A stretch of DNA of 6,069 nt from a virus (lineage: Duplodnaviria > Heunggongvirae > Uroviricota > Caudoviricetes), in the IMG/VR virus record IMGVR_UViG_2713896896_000013. One strand, written 5' to 3'. A program made the position numbers and the translations under genes. Positions 1-5,892 of this stretch are shown in pieces. How positions within the stretch are numbered: position 1 is the first letter of the stretch; each line of letters opens with the position of its first letter. The notes below the pieces were generated by a model. The model saw nothing but the letters and a program-made list of their open reading frames with translations. It did not search any database and had not been told where the DNA came from.

Positions 1-1428
1 GTGAAATTATTCAGATTCTCTAAAGTAAAAATTGCAGAGCTGCCAACGCCGGAGCATGGACAGGCCGAATATGGTGATACGGAGGTTAACGGGCTGCGTG
101 TCCGTGTGGGTTCGTCTGGTGTGAAAAGTTTCTGCATTTCCCGTAAGCGTAACGGAAAATTTATTCGTGCAACGCTGGGGCGTTTTCCTGATCTGAGCGT
201 GGATAATGCCAGGGCGAAAGCAATGGAACTTCTCGGAGAAGTCGCCACAACGGGGATAAATCCGAACATAGCGAAGCGCACGAACAACAAGGCCATGATA
301 ACGCTGAATGAGGCACTTGAAGCCTACATAAAAAATCGTGGCCACCGCCTGAAACCCGCCACAGAAAAACAGTACCGCAGCATATTACAGAATTATTCCG
401 GTGACTGGATGGTGCATACCCTCGCCAGTATTACCCGCGAACGTGTGGAACAGCGGCATAAGGCCGTTACCGACGGGGCTGTATGGTTCGGTGCTGATAA
501 AACCACGTTACGGGCTGGGGTTGGTACAGGAAGCAAGGCACAGGCCGATTTATGGGCGCGTGCGCTGCGTGCTGTGTGTCGGTTTGCGCATGATCATTAC
601 CGTGATGATGCGGGTAATACTCTTTTACCGGATCCGCCGACGCTTGTACTGAGCACAAAACGGCAGTGGCACGGAACGGTAAGAAAAACGGAACGTATCC
701 GCCTGCATGATTTTCCCCGCTGGTTTGCTGCTGTAGCTGCTGTACGCGACCAGGGCGAACAGGAAAGGGATGATATAGCGGTGACGGTATGTGATGCCGT
801 GGAAATGGCGCTTTTTACCGGACTGAGGAAATCAGAAATTTTTGGCCTTACGTGGGATCGCGTGAATATGGGCGGTCGTTTTTTCTGGATAGACACCACG
901 AAAAACGGGGATCCGCTCGAATTACCGATTACTGATACGTTGCGGGAAATGTTCCACCGTCGACTGAAAATAAAAAACGCTGATGATGTTCTGGTGTTTC
1001 CTGGTGTGAAGGGCGTTATCCAGGAGACACGGCACATCATAGACCGGATAAGCGCGGCTACTGTTCCTGAGTCGAACGATGAAATGCTCTCCCCTGTACC
1101 ATTCAAATGGCACGATGCGCGCCGGACGTTCGGGACGGTTGCCGAACTGGTGGGCGTGGGTAATTACATCCTCAAGCGCCTGATGAATCACCGTACTATG
1201 CGAAGTGCCGACGTAACGCAGGGATATTTACATTTTGGTGCTGATGAACTGCTGGAGCCAGCGTCACGGATAGAACGGGCAATTCTGGAACATGCCGGGC
1301 TGGTGGAGAGTAAAAAATCTATCGATGCGCAATTGCTTTCCGCACTGGAGAGTATGAGTGACAGTGAGAAACGCGCATTACTATTTAGTATCGTTAATTC
1401 AAATGGTGGTTTGAATGTCAGAAAATAA
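1..1428 (+). CDS. int: Tyrosine-type site-specific integrase (phage integrase family, P4-like)
   Basis: 475-aa ORF starting at GTG at window position 1, so the upstream RBS is not visible and the N-terminus may be slightly incomplete. The N-terminal region resembles an integrase arm-binding domain (GLRVRVGSSGVKSFCISRKRNGKF...). The C-terminal half carries the tyrosine recombinase catalytic signature in order: R in LFTGLRKSE, H-x-x-R in WHDARRTFGT, catalytic Y in VTQGYLHF. Stop TAA at 1426-1428. A hand count of one stretch (61-120) gives 35/60 G+C. Confidence 0.9.
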   Translation: MKLFRFSKVKIAELPTPEHGQAEYGDTEVNGLRVRVGSSGVKSFCISRKRNGKFIRATLGRFPDLSVDNARAKAMELLGEVATTGINPNIAKRTNNKAMITLNEALEAYIKNRGHRLKPATEKQYRSILQNYSGDWMVHTLASITRERVEQRHKAVTDGAVWFGADKTTLRAGVGTGSKAQADLWARALRAVCRFAHDHYRDDAGNTLLPDPPTLVLSTKRQWHGTVRKTERIRLHDFPRWFAAVAAVRDQGEQERDDIAVTVCDAVEMALFTGLRKSEIFGLTWDRVNMGGRFFWIDTTKNGDPLELPITDTLREMFHRRLKIKNADDVLVFPGVKGVIQETRHIIDRISAATVPESNDEMLSPVPFKWHDARRTFGTVAELVGVGNYILKRLMNHRTMRSADVTQGYLHFGADELLEPASRIERAILEHAGLVESKKSIDAQLLSALESMSDSEKRALLFSIVNSNGGLNVRK

Positions 1429-2101
1429 AATCATTGCTGCAATAGAATTTGACCATAATGATGCGAAGGATATGAATACTATTGCAGATTATATTAGAGA
1501 TGAACTGGCGTCTTCTTTTGTAAAAAAAACGATATGCGATATGGCAAATATCACACCATCTAAAATGTCTCTGGAGGAGAGATTATCATTATCGTCAGAG
1601 ATAGAAAATAAGGATTTAAAAGTTAATATTTCTGTATGTGCCGGGTATGAAGATGATTTTGATAAAAAATTTAATAGTGCATATTCAGAATTCAATGATA
1701 TTTTGAAAGCTGCCATTATATTTGAAGTTCTTGGTTTCAACAGACTTGCAGATCAGTTACGTGAAAGATATGCGATTTTAGTGTCGGAGAATTTATTAAA
1801 ATCAGTACGTGATATAGCTAATGTAAAGAAAATTATCAGTGAAGACCGTAGTAAAGCAAAGAAAGGAAAAACAAACAGGCATAAATCAACAGCGTTATCT
1901 ATAGCTTGTAACACTTGGAAAAAATACCCTAATGCCAGTTTACCCGGGCTATCCGCAGAGATATACGCGCACTTACGCAATAAATGGAATGATGTCCCTG
2001 TAGTTGGGACTATAGAGAGATGGCTTAAGGAGTCGGGGATGAATCCAAAATTCCCGCAAAAAAACAGGGATTTTAAGTTAGTTACTGGAGACAAAGAATA
2101 A
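1415..2101 (+). CDS. Hypothetical protein, 228 aa, AT-rich accessory gene of unknown function
   Basis: Uninterrupted ORF with ATG at 1415 that overlaps the integrase stop by 14 nt, with a weak GGTGG Shine-Dalgarno at 1405-1409. A hand count of 1441-1500 gives 17/60 G+C, well below the flanking genes. The protein is rich in K/E/D/N/I and I recognise no catalytic motif, transmembrane segment or signal peptide. Confidence 0.6.
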   Translation: MSENKIIAAIEFDHNDAKDMNTIADYIRDELASSFVKKTICDMANITPSKMSLEERLSLSSEIENKDLKVNISVCAGYEDDFDKKFNSAYSEFNDILKAAIIFEVLGFNRLADQLRERYAILVSENLLKSVRDIANVKKIISEDRSKAKKGKTNRHKSTALSIACNTWKKYPNASLPGLSAEIYAHLRNKWNDVPVVGTIERWLKESGMNPKFPQKNRDFKLVTGDKE

Positions 2102-2170
2102 ATCCAGTTTTATCCTCTGTAATCCAGATTTCAGCCATGTAAACCAGATATGCGATTTTGTATCTGGTTT
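2101..2170. promoter_or_regulatory. Phased CCAG(AT) repeat array ending in a perfect 10-bp inverted repeat; candidate protein-binding region or weak terminator
   Basis: CCAG occurs at 2104, 2124 and 2144, exactly 20 bp apart, in the contexts aatccag, aatccagat and aaaccagata. A fourth copy is inverted at 2161-2170 (tatctggttt), giving a perfect 10-bp inverted repeat AAACCAGATA (2141-2150) / TATCTGGTTT (2161-2170) with a 10-bp spacer. It sits between the AT-rich gene stop (2101) and the alpA-like start. Confidence 0.35.
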
Positions 2171-2242
2171 TCCTGTCTTCAAGACTTCCCCATCGCTAAA
2201 TAACGTATACCTGTTCTTAATCAGAAGTATACGGTGATACTC

Positions 2243-2431
2243 ATGCATTTAGAAAAAATGACCCGCAAAGAAGCCGCCGAGCATTTGGGGGTAAGTGTCC
2301 AGACTCTTGCTAACTGGGCGTGTACTGGCAAAGTAAAAATCCCTTTTCATAAGCTGGGGCGCAAAGTGCTGTATATGCGCACTGATCTCGATGCTTATAT
2401 TGCATCCACTCGCAGAACGCAGACGGTGTAA
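2243..2431 (+). CDS. alpA: AlpA/excisionase-family helix-turn-helix DNA-binding protein (putative excision or transcriptional regulator)
   Basis: Small ORF with stop TAA at 2429-2431. The translation MTRKEAAEHLGVSVQTLANWACTGKVKIPFHKLGRKVLYMRTDLDAYIAS matches the excisionase/AlpA-type HTH pattern (KEAAE-LGVS...T-..W......P..K-G.). The start is uncertain: in-frame candidates are GTG 2234, ATG 2243 and ATG 2258, none with a strong SD; 2258 gives the most family-typical N-terminus. Confidence 0.75.
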   Translation: MHLEKMTRKEAAEHLGVSVQTLANWACTGKVKIPFHKLGRKVLYMRTDLDAYIASTRRTQTV

Positions 2432-2448
2432 GGGGGGGAGTGATGGCA

Positions 2449-2482
2449 CATAAAACAAAGGCGACCCGGATCAGAGGTCGCC
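2449..2482 (-). terminator. Rho-independent terminator-like hairpin, functional on the minus strand
   Basis: Perfect 7-bp GC-rich stem GGCGACC (2460-2466) / GGTCGCC (2476-2482) with a 9-nt loop. Read on the minus strand it is followed by UUUGUUUUAU (complement of 2449-2459). On the + strand the hairpin is followed by agtggg, which is not U-rich. It lies about 90 nt downstream of the minus-strand gene at 2571-2750. Confidence 0.4.
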
Positions 2483-2570
2483 AGTGGGAATACACTAAAC
2501 ATAAGCCCGGCCATCATAGCGTTTTGCTGGCTGGTGGGCAATGTGATCAGTGTGGTGGCTTGCTGGTGGG

Positions 2571-2750
2571 CTATTCCTGTTCTTTGGCCTTGCGGCGCTG
2601 GCGGCGTTTGATCTCGCCTTTTGCGGCAGTAACTAAAAAACCGGCTGTACTTTCGCCAGGTTCTTTAAGTTGCTCAATATCATCCATTACTTCATGTGGG
2701 ATTCTGACAGTTGTCATTTGTGATTTTGCGTTCTTTGCACCAGTTGCCAT
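2571..2750 (-). CDS. Small ribbon-helix-helix-like DNA-binding protein (59 aa), putative transcriptional regulator
   Basis: Minus-strand ATG at 2748-2750 preceded by a strong SD AGGAGA (complement of 2758-2763) with a 7-nt spacer; stop TAG (complement of 2571-2573). Product: MATGAKNAKSQMTTVRIPHEVMDDIEQLKEPGESTAGFLVTAAKGEIKRRQRRKAKEQE. The pattern is a short beta-strand (TVRIP), helix, loop, helix and a basic tail, as in CopG/Arc-type RHH proteins. The 114-aa version in the ORF track adds a non-protein-like N-terminus with no RBS. Confidence 0.5.
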   Translation of the reverse strand: MATGAKNAKSQMTTVRIPHEVMDDIEQLKEPGESTAGFLVTAAKGEIKRRQRRKAKEQE

Positions 2751-2939
2751 TTCTGGATCTCCTAAAAATTGGTGTATGTCAGTATACGCAAAAAAAATGA
2801 TAAAAAAAGGCTTGAAGTGTATTTCACCAGTGAGTAAATTAAAAAGCAAAGGTGAAATACACCTGAAAGAGCAACGCCCCGCAGTGCTCGCAACACATGC
2901 AGGGCGTCTAACCACAAACCGTTAACAGGAGTAACGATT
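2751..2939. promoter_or_regulatory. Divergent promoter/operator region between the RHH-like gene (minus) and the icd-like operon (plus)
   Basis: Candidate + strand sigma70 promoter: -35 TTGAAG (2812-2817), 17-bp spacer, -10 TAAATT (2835-2840). Perfect 12-bp inverted repeat GTGTATTTCACC (2817-2828) / GGTGAAATACAC (2851-2862) with a 22-bp spacer, overlapping the -35/spacer and the predicted start region. Candidate minus-strand -10 TATACT (complement of 2781-2786). The promoter hexamers are weak-to-moderate matches only. Confidence 0.35.
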
Positions 2940-3137
2940 ATGGCTGTAAAACAGCATACCCCACGCCTAGCGCACACACAAACCGCCTTTGTATGGCGTT
3001 TTCTGGCACTGAGTGCCGGAGAATCCCAGATCATCCACGTCACCGCATGGACGGAACGCGAAGCGCGTAACCGTTGCCCGTCCGGCTGTATTGCCGTATT
3101 CGCTGCCCGTATCCGTCAGGGGGTGTGCCATGCCTGA
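2940..3137 (+). CDS. Small protein (65 aa), tentatively Icd-like (host cell division inhibitor Icd family)
   Basis: ATG at 2940 with SD AGGAG (2927-2931) and an 8-nt spacer; stop TGA at 3135-3137. The translation MAVKQHTPRLAHTQTAFVWRFLALSAGESQIIHVTAWTEREARNRCPSGCIAVFAARIRQGVCHA recalls the signature I remember for Icd-like small proteins of P4-like islands (F-W-R-F-x-A ... E-x-E-A-R ... F-A-A-R). The family assignment is from memory, not a search. Confidence 0.55.
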   Translation: MAVKQHTPRLAHTQTAFVWRFLALSAGESQIIHVTAWTEREARNRCPSGCIAVFAARIRQGVCHA

Positions 3138-3450
3138 TATATCAAAATACCAGTACCTGATTAATCCGCATTTTAACTGTGAGCATGATATTGCTAAAAA
3201 GGTTTATTCCGCTGCGGATATGGCTACTGACAATATATCAATGGGTATTGCATCAATTGGTAACCTGATGTGGCATGCGGCAGAAAATGAGGACTATGAC
3301 GAACAGACCATGCGCATTGACATGGGGAATATTGGCTTGTTACTGGCAATGCTTGGGCAGTTTGATATTTCGTTACGGTGCACCATTGAAAATGCCACAG
3401 ATGCATTAAATGCCATAAAGAAAGCGAATACTGATTCAAATCGGGGATAA
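3130..3450 (+). CDS. Hypothetical protein (106 aa)
   Basis: ATG at 3130 overlaps the upstream stop by 8 nt (ATGCCTGA), implying translational coupling; stop TAA at 3448-3450. Product MPDISKYQYLINPHFNCEHDIAKKVYSAADMATDNISMGIASIGNLMWHAAENEDYDEQTMRIDMGNIGLLLAMLGQFDISLRCTIENATDALNAIKKANTDSNRG is acidic with no motif I recognise. The longer track ORF from 3013 would overlap the icd-like gene out of frame and is not favoured. Confidence 0.6.
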   Translation: MPDISKYQYLINPHFNCEHDIAKKVYSAADMATDNISMGIASIGNLMWHAAENEDYDEQTMRIDMGNIGLLLAMLGQFDISLRCTIENATDALNAIKKANTDSNRG

Positions 3451-3456
3451 ATAATC

Positions 3457-3756
3457 ATGAGAACATATTTATCTGGCTTGACTGCCAGCGGTTATGCACA
3501 CCCCAAAATTATCCCCGGCGCTATTTATCTGGATAAGAACGGTAACAGAGTAACGGTAAAAGAACTGATGTTTGATCGTGTTTATTTTATCCGTGATGGA
3601 TATTCATTTCTTAGTTCGCTGAACGTGGAGATCTTTATTTGCAGATTCCGGCGGGAAATCCCGACTTCCAGAAATAACCATGTGTCACGTGTGGATGTGG
3701 ATAAAAAACTACAGGAACTGAAAAACATGATTGCCGCGTGGAGAGAGCAGAAATGA
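3457..3756 (+). CDS. Hypothetical protein (99 aa)
   Basis: ATG at 3457 with an SD-like GGGGA about 10 nt upstream. Its stop TGA (3754-3756) overlaps the ATG of the replication gene (3753-3755) in an ATGA arrangement. No recognisable motif. Confidence 0.6.
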   Translation: MRTYLSGLTASGYAHPKIIPGAIYLDKNGNRVTVKELMFDRVYFIRDGYSFLSSLNVEIFICRFRREIPTSRNNHVSRVDVDKKLQELKNMIAAWREQK

Positions 3757-5570
3757 AAAAAGCGCCAAATTTAAAACACCAGCCGCGTGACAAAATGACG
3801 GAAGTCATCATTTTTGCGGGTAGTGATGCGTGGGCACATGCGAAACAGTGGCAGGAACAGGACGGGCGACTGGCTGGCGATAACGTCCCTCCTGTCTGGC
3901 TTGGAGAGCAACAACTTGCCGAACTGGACAACCTGCAAATCGTACCGGACGGACGCTATCGCGTGCGTCTCTATCAGGCGGGGTTATTGCGTCCGGGGCT
4001 TGTTAATACCATCGGGCAGAAACTGGCAGCGGCAGGTGTCAGGGATGCTGATTATTATCCTGAAGGAATGCACAGCCAGAAACGGGAGAACTGGCGCGAA
4101 TATCTGGAACGTGAGCGGGGAGAGCTGGCGGAAAAGAAAAAGGTAGTTGAACTGCCTGTAAAGAAAAAAGAGCGGGTAAAAGACGATAACGCTTCATCAC
4201 TGGCACTTAACCAGATGGGAGCAAGTCAACGCGGCGAAGTTCTCCTGGCACATTATGGCGGTGAACTGGCGATTCATGCTGACTCTGACACTGTTCACCA
4301 TTACAACGGCGTTGTATGGGAGCCAGTACAGGATAAAGAATTACAGCGAGCTATGGCACAGATTTTCATTGATGCGGAGATCAGCTATTCGCAGAACGCC
4401 ATTAAATCGGCGGTCGATACCATGAAGTTAAGTTTGCCTGTTATGGGGAATACAGCCCGTAACCTGATTGGATTCAGTAACGGGGTATTTGATACCAGAA
4501 CAGGTAATTTTCGGGAGCATAACAAAAACGACTGGTTGTTAATTGCCAGTGAATTACCTTTCAGCCCACCAGCAGAGGGGGAAACGCTGGCAACACATGC
4601 GCCGAATTTCTGGAAGTGGTTACGCCGTTCGGTGGCTGAGAATGACCGCAAGGCGGATCGCGTACTGGCTGCATTATTCATGGTGCTGGCGAACCGGTAC
4701 GACTGGCAGTTATTCATTGAGGTAACAGGTCCAGGGGGAAGTGGTAAAAGCGTGATGGCGGAGATTTGCACCATGCTGGCGGGTAAGGCCAACACAGTAT
4801 CGGCAAGCATGAAGGCGCTGGAAGATGCAAGGGAACGCGCGTTAGTGGTTGGCTTTTCGCTGATTATCATGCCGGATATGACCCGCTACGCTGGTGATGG
4901 GGCAGGAATTAAGGCCATTACAGGCGGTGACAAGGTGGCAATTGACCCAAAACACAAAGCCCCCTACTCAACGCGTATTCCGGCAGTAGTGCTGGCGGTT
5001 AACAATAACGCCATGTCATTCAGTGACCGCAGCGGGGGGATCTCACGTCGTCGGGTGATATTCAATTTTTCGGAAGTTGTACCGGAGAACGAACGCGATC
5101 CAATGCTGGCGGAAAAAATAGAAGGTGAGCTGGCGGTAGTGATTCGCCATCTGCTTACACGGTTTGCTGACCAGGACGAAGCCAGACGCCTGTTATATGA
5201 GCAGCAGAAATCTGAAGAAGCACTGGCGATAAAGCGAGAGGGGGATTCGCTGGTGGACTTCTGCGGCTATCTCATGGCGTCGGTAATGTGTGATGGCCTG
5301 TTAGTGGGTAATGCTGAAATTGTGCCATTCAGCCCACGCAGGTATCTCTATCATGCCTATCTGGCTTATATGAGGGCACATGGGTTTGGTAAACCTGTAA
5401 CACTGACGCGCTTCGGTAAAGATATGCCGGGGGCAATGGCGGAATATGGCAGGGAGTATATGAAACGGAAAACGAAGCACGGTTTGCGTTCAAACGTGAC
5501 ACTGACGGAGGAATCAGAAGACTGGATGCCATCATGTGTATCGGTCACTAATGACGATAGCAAAAATTAA
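3753..5570 (+). CDS. Replication initiator with D5_N-like region and SF3-type P-loop helicase domain (P4 alpha-like / PICI Pri-Rep-like primase-helicase family)
   Basis: 605-aa ORF from ATG 3753 (the track gives a GTG 5 codons upstream at 3738). Walker A motif GPGGSGKS in FIEVTGPGGSGKSVM; candidate Walker B hydrophobic run plus Asp in LVVGFSLIIMPDM. The segment IGFSNGVFDTRTGNFREHNKNDW resembles the D5_N motif that precedes SF3 helicase domains in P4-family primase C-terminal-domain proteins. It is immediately followed by an iteron array. Stop TAA at 5568-5570. Confidence 0.88.
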   Translation: MKKAPNLKHQPRDKMTEVIIFAGSDAWAHAKQWQEQDGRLAGDNVPPVWLGEQQLAELDNLQIVPDGRYRVRLYQAGLLRPGLVNTIGQKLAAAGVRDADYYPEGMHSQKRENWREYLERERGELAEKKKVVELPVKKKERVKDDNASSLALNQMGASQRGEVLLAHYGGELAIHADSDTVHHYNGVVWEPVQDKELQRAMAQIFIDAEISYSQNAIKSAVDTMKLSLPVMGNTARNLIGFSNGVFDTRTGNFREHNKNDWLLIASELPFSPPAEGETLATHAPNFWKWLRRSVAENDRKADRVLAALFMVLANRYDWQLFIEVTGPGGSGKSVMAEICTMLAGKANTVSASMKALEDARERALVVGFSLIIMPDMTRYAGDGAGIKAITGGDKVAIDPKHKAPYSTRIPAVVLAVNNNAMSFSDRSGGISRRRVIFNFSEVVPENERDPMLAEKIEGELAVVIRHLLTRFADQDEARRLLYEQQKSEEALAIKREGDSLVDFCGYLMASVMCDGLLVGNAEIVPFSPRRYLYHAYLAYMRAHGFGKPVTLTRFGKDMPGAMAEYGREYMKRKTKHGLRSNVTLTEESEDWMPSCVSVTNDDSKN

Positions 5571-5581
5571 ACTTATGGAAT

Positions 5582-5815
5582 AACTGTTCACCACTGTTCA
5601 CCCTGTCATAAATATCTTTTATATCAGTATATTATAGGGTGAACAGTTGTTTATGAACTGTTCACCAAACTATTCACTGTTCACCTTTTTGATTGTTTAT
5701 TGAGCTTCAAGGGTGAACAGTGGTGAACAGTTGGTGAATAGTTTTTGTGAAACTGTTCACCCCTTAACATTATGAATTAAAAGAGAAAATATCAAAAGGT
5801 GAACAGGTGAAGGGT
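5582..5815. repeat. Iteron array, candidate replication origin (9-mer GGTGAACAG / CTGTTCACC, both orientations)
   Basis: CTGTTCACC at 5584-5592, 5594-5602, 5658-5666, 5677-5685 and 5753-5761. GGTGAACAG at 5638-5646, 5712-5720, 5722-5730 and 5798-5806, plus a degenerate GGTGAATAG at 5733-5741 and partial copies (ctgtca 5603-5608, ctattcac 5670-5677, ggtgaaggg 5806-5814). Tandem copies are phased at 10-11 bp. AT-rich stretches at 5606-5637 and 5762-5797 could act as unwinding elements. The core octamer TGTTCACC is, as I recall, the alpha-protein binding iteron of the P4 ori and crr. Confidence 0.75.
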
Positions 5816-5892
5816 TAAAACGCAAAAATTTTAATTTACTGCTGTGAGATAAAGCCTATGACAGCGAAGCACACCAAAACAACAGGAGGGGA

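Noticed and set aside
7-1191. ORFs inside the integrase gene on the minus strand or in other + frames (7-345 -, 401-652 +, 467-658 -, 597-1106 -, 922-1191 -)
   Set aside because: They lie entirely within a well-supported integrase frame that has intact catalytic motifs. Their translations are low-complexity or unusually Cys/Arg/His-rich, with no convincing RBS. They are shadow ORFs.
1489-2094. Minus-strand ORFs 1489-1740 and 1753-2094 opposite the AT-rich gene
   Set aside because: AT-rich DNA produces long stop-free antisense frames by chance. The + frame is continuous for 228 codons with a start coupled to int; the antisense ORFs have no RBS and the window shows nothing that would make them read leftward toward int.
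2249-2495. Minus-strand ORFs 2249-2458 and 2310-2495 overlapping the alpA-like gene
   Set aside because: They are antisense to a gene with a clear HTH-family translation, and the minus-strand terminator at 2449-2482 would lie within or before them. Not protein-like.
2204-2789. Shared 8-mer AGTATACG upstream of alpA (2226-2233) and in the divergent promoter region (2781-2788), plus a GTATAC palindrome at 2205-2210
   Set aside because: A single 8-mer match between two roughly 200-bp AT-rich regions is about what chance predicts, and the motif overlaps -10-like sequence. It is not enough to call a shared operator without binding data.
2440-2925. 161-aa + strand ORF immediately after alpA, with a G-rich SD-like run before ATG 2443
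   Set aside because: The translation is Cys/Ser/Leu-rich and not protein-like. It runs through the terminator hairpin at 2460-2482 and is fully antisense to the better-supported RHH-like gene (strong SD, coherent fold pattern). A very short upstream peptide cannot be excluded.
2571-3043. Long 114-aa form of the minus-strand gene (start at 2915) and minus ORF 2762-3043
   Set aside because: The extra N-terminal sequence crosses the AT-rich promoter region, has no RBS and is not protein-like. The internal ATG at 2750 has a canonical AGGAGA SD. ORF 2762-3043 is antisense to the icd-like gene and its RBS.
3013-3129. Upstream extension of orf106 to the ATG at 3013 (145-aa form)
   Set aside because: It would overlap the icd-like gene out of frame over 125 nt. 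The ATG at 3130 forms a classic overlapping stop-start junction with the upstream gene instead.
3224-4870. Shadow ORFs 3224-3439 -, 3635-3931 -, 3814-4146 +, 4385-4870 -, 4543-4725 +
   Set aside because: They are nested in or antisense to supported genes (orf106, orf99, the replication gene), with no independent start signals and implausible compositions.
5329-5563. Minus-strand ORFs 5329-5535 and 5366-5563 at the 3' end of the replication gene
   Set aside because: Antisense to the conserved C-terminal region of the replication protein; no RBS; likely chance frames.
5582-5815. Possibility that the short repeats are a CRISPR array
   Set aside because: The repeats are only 9 bp, occur in both orientations, and have irregular, mostly 1-60 bp spacing with no uniform spacer length. 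That fits origin iterons, not CRISPR repeats.
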